From the NCBI GenBank assembly GCA_005191425.1, contig SUPR01000002.1, positions 37,566-69,565 of the forward strand: 32,000 nucleotides of DNA. Reading direction: 5' to 3'. A program made the position numbers and the translations under genes. Positions 9,876 to 19,143 of this stretch are shown piece by piece (position 1 is the stretch's first letter; the number at the start of each line of letters is the position of its first letter). The notes under the pieces are model-generated. The model had not been told where the DNA came from. It worked only from the letters and a program-made list of their open reading frames with translations, and searched no databases. The stretch is from Candidatus Helarchaeota ASGARD archaeon Hel_GB_B (GTDB lineage Archaea; Asgardarchaeota; Lokiarchaeia; Helarchaeales; HEL-GB-B).

Positions 9876-10937
9876 TTAATCTTTAATTCCAAGAGTAGCA
9901 AGATATGTTAAGAAAAATGAAAGTTGTAATTCATTATTAGATGGAACGCTAATATATGAATCGAATTTTGATATTTCTATAGAAATTTTCTTCTTTAATT
10001 CTTCTGTAATAGTTGATTCCATTAAAAATTTATTAAAAGCTTTTAATATCATTTTTCCTGATAAACTTTTTTTAATAAATAGATTTCTTAAAAAATTCCG
10101 CGCATCAACTATATTACCACTTATAGCTAATTTTAGACATTCCCCAATTTCTTTAATTTCTAGTTTCTTTATCATTTCATATATAAAATTTTCTGTAATT
10201 TTTTTCTTATAACAACTTGCTGCTTCTAATATATTAATTGCAATATTCATATCATTATTAGAATAATAATAAATCAATTTTAAAGCATTTTCAGTGATAT
10301 TAATTTCCTCTGATTCGCATATATATTTAATTTTACTTAAAAATTGTTTTTGACTTAATGGAAATAATTTTAAATTTACACATCTCGACCTAATTGGGTC
10401 TATTATATTTGAAACTGAATTTGCCACCAATATAAATCTACATATCCTACTATATTTTTCCATAGTCCTCCTTAATGCCTGCTGTATTATTCTTTCTAAT
10501 TTATCCGCTTCATAGATGATCAAGATTTTGTGGTCAGCAGAATCTAACGTTTTAGTTTTTGGATAGTTTCTGATAATTGTAAATAATATATCTATTCTAC
10601 TTGGACTTTTAGACTTGCCGTGTCTTTTTAGACTTATTTTGCTAGCCTCTACCCAATATGGCATGTATTCATAGTAGAAATTCTTACTATCTGAAGCAAA
10701 AATCTCTTCAATATTCGCTTTATATGTTGTTCCATATAAGTCATGCACCAAACTTGATACTATTGAGGTCTTTCCTTTAGGATGAAAATAACCTACATTT
10801 CAAATTCCCGGAGGACCATATAACAACAAGTTCGGTAAATTTCCGCTTTTTACATATTTTTTAATCTGATTTATTATATGTTCTTGTCCTATAATATTTT
10901 CTAATGTATCTGGACGGTATTTTTCTATCCATGACAT
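9876..10937 (-). CDS. rfcS: Replication factor C small subunit (divergent type), split by a 27-nt BHB intron: join of 10937-10804 and 10776-9876, 344 aa after splicing
   Basis: ATG at 10937 gives MSWIEKYRPDTLENIIGQ...LPNLLLYGPPGI*. The same frame continues NVGYFHPK-GKTSIVSS into the annotated 291-aa ORF (QQALRRTMEKY, FILVAN, IRSRC). The ORF track captures only exon 2. Confidence 0.9.
10777..10803 (-). other. Predicted 27-nt bulge-helix-bulge intron in rfcS mRNA
   Basis: mRNA reads UCC-GGGA-AU^U-UGAAA...UUUCA-UCCU-AA^A-GGA. Exon helix UCC/GGA, 4-bp central helix GGGA/UCCU, two 3-nt bulges, intron helix UGAAA/UUUCA. Removal yields GGA AUA GGA AAG ACC (G-I-G-K-T). Confidence 0.88.
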
Positions 10938-11344
10938 TTTTTTTACCAAATATATTTATACCTATTTCATTATAAAAAATTATTAAATTATAAAATTTAA
11001 ATTATCTCCAGTTAAAATAATTTATTTTAAGATTCCTTTACTTACTAAATTTGATTTGATTATTTATTCGTATAAAAATATTTTTTCTTGGTTAAATATG
11101 TCCTTTAAATAAATTTTTTCTTGAATTATCAATCTTAAATTTTAGCGATCATTATAATTTATGTGTTTAAAAGTTCTTTTTCTTTTACTCCATTAAATTT
11201 GTAGTTATAATTAAATTTAAAAATGATAAAAAGAGAAATTTATAAATATTTTATTGTCAATTATGATACGAAATAATAAGGACATTTTTCACATCATTTT
11301 AATTTATAATGATTTAATTAGTAATCTGAGAGGCGAAAAAAAAT

Positions 11345-12391
11345 ATGAGCGAAGCCTTGAAAAATTTTAGAGAATTTCGCGGAGTATGGATTGCGAGAAT
11401 AGCTTCAATTCCGACTTTATGCTTTTCATTTTTAGTTTTAATTTTAGGTCCCGCAGGAATAGCAAATGGCTATGTTGGTGGGATCGAATGGGCTACCCAG
11501 TACTCTCACAACTTTGTTCTTGGTGATAATATTGTCCATAATTTATCTTTTGCATATTTAATTTCAGTTGGTATTATAATCTGTGGTCTGATTGCATTTA
11601 TTGTTCCATGGTTCAGAGGAAAAACTGGTCTAAGAATTAGCGGATTTATTACTGGATTTATTTCTATCATATTAATTATTTTATACATTTTATATTTATC
11701 TTTTATAAATCAAGTAAATTTTGCGGTTCGAAATGACCCTGACGCAGGGGCTACAATTATTAATGCATATAGCATTAGTGGTTTGATATGGAATATTGTT
11801 TATGGATTATGGATTACTGGCTTAACTTTTTCGTTTTTATTTTTTATTAGCGCAGGATATTTAATAAATGCCAGTCCTATTCCATTTGCAAAATTTAGAG
11901 CCAAAAGAATGAAAATATTGACAAGAGCAGATGCAGCGGAACGAGCTGGAAAACCAAAAGAAGCTATTACTCTTTATAAAATTGCAGGGGATTTATCTAT
12001 GAAACTCAGGGAAGAAGATAAAGCGACAGAATATTATCAGAAATCTAGGGAGATCGAAGAAACTGAAATTATCGCAGTTTTAGAACGTGAAGAAGAGATA
12101 AAAAGAAAAGAACTTGCAGAACGAAGAGCAAAATTAGAAGAAGAAAGAAAAGAAATTCTGGTTAGAGCAGATCAAGCAGAAGAAAAAAAGCAGTATTTGC
12201 GAGCGTCCACACTTTATCGTGATGCTGCCGAAAAAAGTGTTGATTTAGGTGAAAAAAAGTTAGCAGCTCAATTTACAGCTAAAGCAAAAGAACTAAAAAG
12301 AAAAGCAATGAAAATTAAGAAAGAAAAAGAAAAAGCAGAAAAGGAAGAAAAAGCAGAAAAAGAAGAAAAAGCAGAAAAAGAATCAGAATAA
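11345..12391 (+). CDS. Membrane protein: about 4 N-terminal TM helices plus two cytosolic MIT/TPR-like helical repeats joined by coiled coil
   Basis: Hydrophobic segments within aa about 17-175. Repeats ILTRADAAERAGKPKEAITLYKIAGDLS and ILVRADQAEEKKQYLRASTLYRDAAEKS. GAGAGG SD. Confidence 0.75.
   Translation: MSEALKNFREFRGVWIARIASIPTLCFSFLVLILGPAGIANGYVGGIEWATQYSHNFVLGDNIVHNLSFAYLISVGIIICGLIAFIVPWFRGKTGLRISGFITGFISIILIILYILYLSFINQVNFAVRNDPDAGATIINAYSISGLIWNIVYGLWITGLTFSFLFFISAGYLINASPIPFAKFRAKRMKILTRADAAERAGKPKEAITLYKIAGDLSMKLREEDKATEYYQKSREIEETEIIAVLEREEEIKRKELAERRAKLEEERKEILVRADQAEEKKQYLRASTLYRDAAEKSVDLGEKKLAAQFTAKAKELKRKAMKIKKEKEKAEKEEKAEKEEKAEKESE
12329..12382 (+). repeat. 3 x 18-bp coding tandem repeat (EKAEKE)
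   Basis: GAAAAAGCAGAAAA(G/A)GAA repeated at 12329, 12347 and 12365 at the 3' end of the membrane protein gene. Confidence 0.9.
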
Positions 12392-12469
12392 AAAGTAAAT
12401 TGGTAATTCAATTTTCTTTAATTCACATCTTTTATTTTATTTGGATTTTATGTAAAATTTCTATTTTTG

Positions 12470-13831
12470 TTAATAATTTAGTGGATCTGTTTTCATAAAT
12501 TCTCGTAATAAAATAGTTGCATATGTTCCTTTTTGAATTGAAAAACTTGTTAAGATATTAATCAGATCATTTTTGTTATCTGAATTATTTAACAATTTAA
12601 ATTTCAATGCTTTTGGAAATACCAAAAATGGCCTATATACCCCCTTAATTATTATTTCATAGTTACTCCATGATAAAAGCTCATCAATCTTAACTTTCTC
12701 TCTTAGTATAATTTTTTTAACATATTTATTATTCATTATTATATTGAGAAATGGTAAGTTCTTTCCCAGTAATGGAATTCCTAATACGGCTTTTTTCTTT
12801 TTAATTAAATTATTCAATATGTCAAGATTTCTATTATCAACTATTACGATTTTATTGCTTGGAAGTTTTAAGTTATCCAATATGATAACACTATCTCCAA
12901 TTTCTATTTTTTTACCAATATCCTTAACCCTAGAACTTAACATTTTATTAAATAAATATCCTTGATAAGCATGGACAAACAATTCAATTAAATTTCTGCC
13001 AAATACGGACAACATTATATTTTCATAATCAAGGTTTGTCTCTATTATTTTTTTAATAATTTCTTTTTCATAATCAAATTTTTGAGGCAAATAATTTAAT
13101 ATTTTTATATCTATATTCGGCCAGTCTTTATTAATCGATTTTCTAATTTTCTCTGTCTGAATATCTTCATATTTTGATCTTATTGTCAAATATTTTTTTA
13201 AGGCTGTTTCATAATTGTTCATGATTATTTCTTTACCAATTAAATGTGAAATTTGTCTTATTGTGCCAAAACGTTGATATCCAAAATAATTTAATAGACC
13301 ATCTTTATTGACCTGCCCTTGAATTGAGAAAATCACTTTTTTGCATTTATTCCATGGTAAATGAACATTTCTTATAATTATTTCAAAATGATTCCCCCAG
13401 TGTTCATTCTCCCAAAAATCTTTTTCTTTTTTAAAATTAAATAAAATTAAATTATCGTCTTGAAAATCTGTCAATAAATGTAAAGAATTGCATTTAACAC
13501 AAATTTTTTGGACTGAAATTCCCCGTTTATCTTTCAACCCATTATAATAAAAATTATTTATATCTATACCCGTTTTTAACGAAATTCTTTTAATGGCTTC
13601 AAATGTTGACAACCCACATTTTTGTAAATTAAAGCTAATAAATTCTAATTTCTTATCGAATAAATATGAATAATCCTTATGACCTCTAAAAAATTCTAAC
13701 CTTTTATTATTAATTTCGATTTCAGAAACCTTGAAATCAGAATTTTTTATTCTTAAATTTCCACCAATTCCTTTTCCCTTTGTAGAATATACTTCTAATC
13801 CAATCTGTTTGTCAATTTTGAAAATTTTCAT
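12470..13831 (-). CDS. truD: tRNA pseudouridine(13) synthase TruD/Pus7
   Basis: DFKVSEI, GLKDKRG (catalytic Asp), GNHFEIIIR, NYFGYQRFG, LFVHAYQGYLFN and KGTYATILLRE. Confidence 0.93.
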   Translation of the reverse strand: MKIFKIDKQIGLEVYSTKGKGIGGNLRIKNSDFKVSEIEINNKRLEFFRGHKDYSYLFDKKLEFISFNLQKCGLSTFEAIKRISLKTGIDINNFYYNGLKDKRGISVQKICVKCNSLHLLTDFQDDNLILFNFKKEKDFWENEHWGNHFEIIIRNVHLPWNKCKKVIFSIQGQVNKDGLLNYFGYQRFGTIRQISHLIGKEIIMNNYETALKKYLTIRSKYEDIQTEKIRKSINKDWPNIDIKILNYLPQKFDYEKEIIKKIIETNLDYENIMLSVFGRNLIELFVHAYQGYLFNKMLSSRVKDIGKKIEIGDSVIILDNLKLPSNKIVIVDNRNLDILNNLIKKKKAVLGIPLLGKNLPFLNIIMNNKYVKKIILREKVKIDELLSWSNYEIIIKGVYRPFLVFPKALKFKLLNNSDNKNDLINILTSFSIQKGTYATILLREFMKTDPLNY

Positions 13832-13940
13832 TGATATCCGTTATACCTTTCTTATTTTTTAGTGTTCAAAAAAATTAATAACATACAATTTGAATTTTAT
13901 ATTCCTTATTAATGATTATACTCATATAAAAAAAGTCATA

Positions 13941-14318
13941 ATGAACAAAATGGTTAATGAAATTTTTAAATTTAAACAAGTAATAATCGTTAGGACTGAC
14001 TTGCCAATGAAAAAGGGAAAAATTGCAGCTCAAGTCGCACATGCTGCAGTTTCTGCTATGCTACAAACTAAAAAAATCAAAAATAAATGGGTAAAGCGAT
14101 GGCTAGATGAGGGGCAAAAAAAAGTAATTTTAAAAGTCAAATCTGAAGAGGAAATTCTTGAAATAAAAAATTTGATTAATGACAAAAATTTACCTTTTGC
14201 ATTAATTCGCGATAAAGGTCTTACACAAATCCCTCCAGGAAGTATTACGGCTTTAGGAATTGGTCCTTGTCCAAATGAATTAATTGACCCAATAACTAGA
14301 AAATTGCCATTATTATAG
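13941..14318 (+). CDS. pth2: Peptidyl-tRNA hydrolase Pth2
   Basis: KQVIIVRTDLPMKKGKIAAQVAHA, GQKKVILKV, DKGLTQI and TALGIGP. Start is ATG 13941 or 13950. Confidence 0.95.
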   Translation: MNKMVNEIFKFKQVIIVRTDLPMKKGKIAAQVAHAAVSAMLQTKKIKNKWVKRWLDEGQKKVILKVKSEEEILEIKNLINDKNLPFALIRDKGLTQIPPGSITALGIGPCPNELIDPITRKLPLL

Positions 14319-14333
14319 TGAAGTGAAACAAAA

Positions 14334-14816
14334 TTGAGCAATAAAAAGATATTAATAATGGGAGTTGGAAATCACATCCTTACTGATGATGGATTTGGAG
14401 TTCATGTAGCTAATCAACTACTAAAACTACAAGATAACGGCAAAATTGATAGTTCAATTGAAATTATTGATGGTGGTGCAGCGGGTATTGACATCTTATA
14501 TTACCTGGAAAATCAAGATATTGCTATCTTCATTGATTCAATAATTGGTGGAAAAGAACCAGGATATGTTTATAACATAACATTAGATGATTTGAAAATT
14601 TTCAAGGAAGTAAAAGTAACCAGTTTGCATGATTTAGAATTAACTTCTGTTCTAAAAATAGCAAAAGAAGTTAATAAATTACCAAAAAAAATCTATTTAA
14701 TTGGCATTGAACCATTAGACTATACAAAAATTTCAATGGAATTAACTCCAAAAATTAAAGAGAAAATACCTAAAGTAATTGAAATTATATTGGATATTAT
14801 TCAGAAACAATCCTAA
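14334..14816 (+). CDS. [NiFe]-hydrogenase maturation protease (HyaD/HycI, peptidase A31)
   Basis: GVGNHILTDDGFG, IIDGG, IFIDSI, SLHDL and IGIEP motifs. Confidence 0.92.
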   Translation: MSNKKILIMGVGNHILTDDGFGVHVANQLLKLQDNGKIDSSIEIIDGGAAGIDILYYLENQDIAIFIDSIIGGKEPGYVYNITLDDLKIFKEVKVTSLHDLELTSVLKIAKEVNKLPKKIYLIGIEPLDYTKISMELTPKIKEKIPKVIEIILDIIQKQS

Positions 14817-15306
14817 TATGTGTTCCAGTTAATGAATATATAATGTCCTCTAAGATATTAATATCAATAGGGATTCTATTAATATCTTTTTCCGATACTC
14901 TTGCTTTATTTTCAATTTCTCCGGTAGGTAAATATATTTGATTAATTCCTAAAACAGGGATCGGGGCTATTAAATCTTCAAGAATCTTTTTAGGACTTTT
15001 TGATTTTTCTATTACTCTAAAATTTTTATTAAATTTCTCTTGTAAAATTTTTTTTGTCTTTCCATAATTACCTATAATGTGATTTATTTCTCCTTTTCCT
15101 ACTATCAAGATTACGAGGTCTTCCTTTTCAATAGCTTTATAAAAGCTGACCCTCTTCAAAGCAGGAAATTGCTTTTCAAGGTCTAGTAATGTCCGGGATA
15201 AATCAATTTCTAATTGTGTTACTTCTCCATTTCTTAATTTAGTTTCACACGATGAACATAGTACGCCTGTCTTAGCACATACCTTACAAATCGGTATTTT
15301 TCGCAT
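14797..15306 (-). CDS. Archaeal NusA-like KH-domain protein with N-terminal Cys cluster
   Basis: PICKVCAKTGVLCSSC followed by KH-like LVILIVGKGEINHIIGNYGK...FRVIE. GGAG SD. Confidence 0.85.
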   Translation of the reverse strand: MRKIPICKVCAKTGVLCSSCETKLRNGEVTQLEIDLSRTLLDLEKQFPALKRVSFYKAIEKEDLVILIVGKGEINHIIGNYGKTKKILQEKFNKNFRVIEKSKSPKKILEDLIAPIPVLGINQIYLPTGEIENKARVSEKDINRIPIDINILEDIIYSLTGTHIRIVSE

Positions 15307-15844
15307 TATTTATTTTCTCCATATTACTTGAAGCTATTTTTAATTTCATTATTAATTAAATTAAATTTGAATTATAATAACTATTTATTAAAATTAAATT
15401 CTTATTATTATTTCAAAATAAAGTATTTCAATTTTTTTCATTATAATATCTTTTAATAATTTTAATGTCAATTAAATTTTCAGATTAATTAAAATAAAAG
15501 GTACCAAATTATAACTAAATTGAAATAATTAAAGGGAAATTACCAAACATTCTAAAGAAATTTAAGATTATTTTTATTATTAAATAGATATATTTTTTAA
15601 ATTATAAAGTATTCCATTTAATAAATATTTTAAATAATTATTTCATTATGAAATTTCGAGATTAATTATAAAAAATAAAAAATTTCATTTAATTTCTTTA
15701 TGTTTTTCCTTAATTTCAACTTAAATTAAAATATCTATTGATATCTTTACAAATTTTCATTTTTTCGATAAACTTTATTAATTTATTTAATCTTATTCCG
15801 AATTGAATGAAAAAAATTTCATTAAATAAAAATGGTATTTTATA

Positions 15845-16369
15845 ATGCGCTCAAGAAAAAGTATTAAATTGGAAAGAGATATTTCAAATTGGCTTAAGGA
15901 TATTCAAGAGATAAAAGAAATTTTTCAAAAAAAATCAAAAACGATCATTGAATATATTGAGCGAATAGTTGATTTAAATAAAAATAAAGATGAAAAGATT
16001 TTTCTAATGACTGGTCTAGAAGATGCGATCTACGTTCTCGAAAATAAAACATTTGAAAAGTTAAATAACATTTTAGAAGATATACTTGGAAATGAACTTG
16101 ATGAAAATAAAGAAATTATAAAAATGTTCAATTATTTAAAAAATTTCAAGAATGAATTAGCATCTATTCAGATATCGACAAAAAACTTCCTAAAAATCTA
16201 TAATTTAAACAATGATAATACTGAAATCTTATCCAATTTCATTTCAAGTATTAAAAAATCAAAGGATAGTTATGAAACAATTTTATCACAAATGAATGAA
16301 TCATTTTCTAATGTAATAAATTATCTAAACAAACAATATCAATTTTCTCGTCAAGTTGACATAATTTAA
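15845..16369 (+). CDS. Hypothetical helical/coiled-coil protein
   Basis: 174-aa ATG-started ORF with no competing ORF, co-oriented with hef. No recognisable motif. Confidence 0.55.
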   Translation: MRSRKSIKLERDISNWLKDIQEIKEIFQKKSKTIIEYIERIVDLNKNKDEKIFLMTGLEDAIYVLENKTFEKLNNILEDILGNELDENKEIIKMFNYLKNFKNELASIQISTKNFLKIYNLNNDNTEILSNFISSIKKSKDSYETILSQMNESFSNVINYLNKQYQFSRQVDII

Positions 16370-16457
16370 TCTTTTAATTTTTTATTTCATTTAGTAATTA
16401 AATTCAATTTTTAATTATAAAATTATTTTAAATATTTACTATTATAAATAATAGATA

Positions 16458-18758
16458 ATGGAAAATAGAACAAAAAAATATTTTAATCATAAATTACTTA
16501 AGAAGGACAAAATAGAATATAGAGCATATCAAGAAGCTATAATGGGGGCATGTGCAAACAAAAATAGTCTTGTAGTCCTACCTACTGGACTGGGAAAAAC
16601 TATTATTGCAATTTTAATATGTATTGTTAGGTTACATAAATATCCTGGTTCTCAAATAATTTTTCTTGCCCCTACTAAACCATTGATTCAACAACATTAT
16701 CAAACTTTTAAAGAGTTATCAAATTTTAATGAAGACCAAATGGTATTGATAACTGGAGCAATTTCACCTGAAAAAAGAGTTAATTTATATAAAACAGGTC
16801 AGTTTTTTTTTATTACACCTCAAACTTTACAAAATGATATTATTAATTCGAGAATTGACCTTTCCAATGTTTCTCTTATTGTTTTCGATGAAGCGCACCG
16901 AGCTATTGGTAATTATGCTTATGTTTTAATAGCCGAAAAATACATAACAAATGCTAAATTTCCCCAAATTTTAGCAATAACCGCATCTCCTGGCTCAATT
17001 AAAGAAAAAATACTTGAAATAATTGAAAATTTACATATTAAAAAAATTGAAGTTAGAACTGAAGATAGTCCTGATGTTAAACCTTTTATTCAACCAATTG
17101 AATTAAAATGGCTAAGAATTGATCTGCCTAAGGAATTTAACGAAATTAAGAACATTCTAGAAACTAAATTAAAAGAATGTTTATTAATTCTAAAGAAAAA
17201 TGCATTGATAAATAGTATAAATATTTCCTCTATAAATAGAACTGATTTAATTAAATTACAAAAATCATTACCTCGTAAAATTCAAGAGGCTAATGAAAAT
17301 AAACAAGAACTTTTTGAAAGTTTAAGAACAGTAGCAATAGCTATTAGATTTTCATATATGCTTGAATTACTTGAAACCCAAGGAATTTCATCTCTCTCCA
17401 GATATTTAGATAAACTTTATGAAGACTCTTCAAAAAAAGATTCATCAAGAACAATTAGGGATTTAATGTCACAACCATTTATGAATAAAATTAATCAAAT
17501 TTCTAAAAATCTAATAAAAAAAGGAGTTGAACATCCTAAAATCCCTATACTTCAAGATTTACTTGAAAAACAATTTAGAAAAAAGCCTGAATCCCGCGTG
17601 ATTATCTTTTGCCATTTCAGAGTTACCACTAAAACATTAGAAAAAATATTTCAAGATAATCCTATAATTAAAGCTGCGAGATTTGTAGGCCAACAAACTA
17701 AAACTGGTGATAAAGGGCTCTCTCAAAAAGACCAAATTATAATCTTGGACAACTTTAAATCTGGAATATATAATACCTTAATAGCTACATCTGTAGCTGA
17801 GGAAGGATTAGATATTGCTGAATGTGATATGATCATATTTTATGACACCGTTCCTAGCGCTATTAGAGATATTCAGCGCCGCGGTAGAACAGGAAGAAAA
17901 AAACCAGGTAAAGTAATCATTTTAACTGCAAAAAATACTCGTGATGAAAGTTATTATTGGGTCTCTTATAGTAAAAAGAAAAAAATGAAATCATTACTTG
18001 ATGATTTGATCGAAATTTCTCAAAAATTAGATGCACAAGCAAAAAGTCATACTCAAACCTCAATCTCTGATTTTATTATAAAAAATAAGAAAAAAAATAA
18101 TGAAAAACAAGATATTAAAATTCAGATAATTGTTGATTCACGCGAATCTTCTTCCTCTATCTTGAAGCATCTTTCAAAAATGGGCGCTGATATAAAAATT
18201 GAAAAATTAGATATTGGCGATTATATTCTATCTGACAAAGTTGCTATTGAAAGAAAAACGGTAAATGACCTCATCAATTCAATCATAGATTCACGATTAT
18301 TCAAAGAATTAAAATCTTTAAAAAGCGTATATTTAAAGACATTCCTAGTTATTGAAGGCGAAATTATTTATGAATTTTCTAGAATCCGAAAAGAAGCGTT
18401 ACAAGGCGCTATTGTTTCTGTTATGCTTGATTTCTATGTACCAGTTATTTTTACAAAATCTCCCGAAGAAACAGCTGAATGGTTATATAAATTAGCTAAA
18501 AAAGAACAGATTAAAGGTAAAAAACCGCTCATTAGACCTGATAAAACCCCTCTCTCATATAATATAAAAAGAATACAAGAATTTATTCTCGCAGGATTCC
18601 CCGATATTGACAGTAAACGCGCCCAAGATTTATTAAATTATTTTGGTAGTCTAGAAGAAATTTTTAATGCTCCTATTGAAGCATTAATGAATGTAAAAGG
18701 AATTGGTAAAAAAATTGCCAAACAAATAAAGGAAATCTTAAAAGCCAAATATTTTTAA
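16458..18758 (+). CDS. hef: Hef helicase-nuclease (FANCM/ERCC4 family)
   Basis: LPTGLGKT, FDEAHRA, TASPG, EEGLDI and QRRGRTGR helicase motifs, then ERCC4 nuclease GDY...ERKTVND and HhH motifs (VKGIGKK). Confidence 0.95.
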   Translation: MENRTKKYFNHKLLKKDKIEYRAYQEAIMGACANKNSLVVLPTGLGKTIIAILICIVRLHKYPGSQIIFLAPTKPLIQQHYQTFKELSNFNEDQMVLITGAISPEKRVNLYKTGQFFFITPQTLQNDIINSRIDLSNVSLIVFDEAHRAIGNYAYVLIAEKYITNAKFPQILAITASPGSIKEKILEIIENLHIKKIEVRTEDSPDVKPFIQPIELKWLRIDLPKEFNEIKNILETKLKECLLILKKNALINSINISSINRTDLIKLQKSLPRKIQEANENKQELFESLRTVAIAIRFSYMLELLETQGISSLSRYLDKLYEDSSKKDSSRTIRDLMSQPFMNKINQISKNLIKKGVEHPKIPILQDLLEKQFRKKPESRVIIFCHFRVTTKTLEKIFQDNPIIKAARFVGQQTKTGDKGLSQKDQIIILDNFKSGIYNTLIATSVAEEGLDIAECDMIIFYDTVPSAIRDIQRRGRTGRKKPGKVIILTAKNTRDESYYWVSYSKKKKMKSLLDDLIEISQKLDAQAKSHTQTSISDFIIKNKKKNNEKQDIKIQIIVDSRESSSSILKHLSKMGADIKIEKLDIGDYILSDKVAIERKTVNDLINSIIDSRLFKELKSLKSVYLKTFLVIEGEIIYEFSRIRKEALQGAIVSVMLDFYVPVIFTKSPEETAEWLYKLAKKEQIKGKKPLIRPDKTPLSYNIKRIQEFILAGFPDIDSKRAQDLLNYFGSLEEIFNAPIEALMNVKGIGKKIAKQIKEILKAKYF

Positions 18759-18912
18759 TCTATAATTAAAATGTTTAGAATTGATACATTTTCAAATTAT
18801 ATTAAAAATTATTAATTGGTTTAAAGTAATAAAATTTAAATAACTTTATTTAATAGATTCAACCTCAATAATTAATTTTAATTTAATAAAAACTTAAATC
18901 GTGTGGACAATT

Positions 18913-19074
18913 ATGCCAATTTCAGATCCTATTAAAAAGCAAATAGCAGTTAAAAGCCTTCTATTTGTAAAAATTTGTCGAAAATGCTATGCAAGAAATC
19001 CAGTTAGTGCTAAAAAATGTAGAAGATGTAAATCTAAACAACTAAGATACAAAAAGAGGGAAAAATCGAAATAA
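18913..19074 (+). CDS. rpl40e: 50S ribosomal protein L40e (missed by ORF track, 53 aa)
   Basis: Manual translation: MPISDPIKKQIAVKSLLFVKICRKCYARNPVSAKKCRRCKSKQLRYKKREKSK. Confidence 0.95.
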   Translation: MPISDPIKKQIAVKSLLFVKICRKCYARNPVSAKKCRRCKSKQLRYKKREKSK

Positions 19075-19143
19075 TTTTTTAGTCAAGGACTTTTTATTAT
19101 TAATTTTAAAAGAGTTATTATCTGCTTCTTAAATCTTAAAAAA

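Noticed and set aside
10590-10690. The roughly 28-aa insertion after ASD in rfcS as a second, in-frame intron
   Set aside because: I could not find a BHB pairing at its borders, and divergent RFC small subunits carry protein-level insertions at this position.
10800-10802. UGA in rfcS read as selenocysteine or by stop-codon readthrough
   Set aside because: It would leave a 9-residue insertion inside the P-loop (GPPGI-U-NVGYFHPK-GKT), which is incompatible with Walker A geometry. The exact BHB explains the insert better.
10777-10803. Insert as a mini-intein remnant or simple pseudogenising lesion
   Set aside because: It has no Cys/Ser start or His-Asn end and is not at GK|T. Both exons are otherwise intact, and canonical BHB cuts restore the motif precisely.
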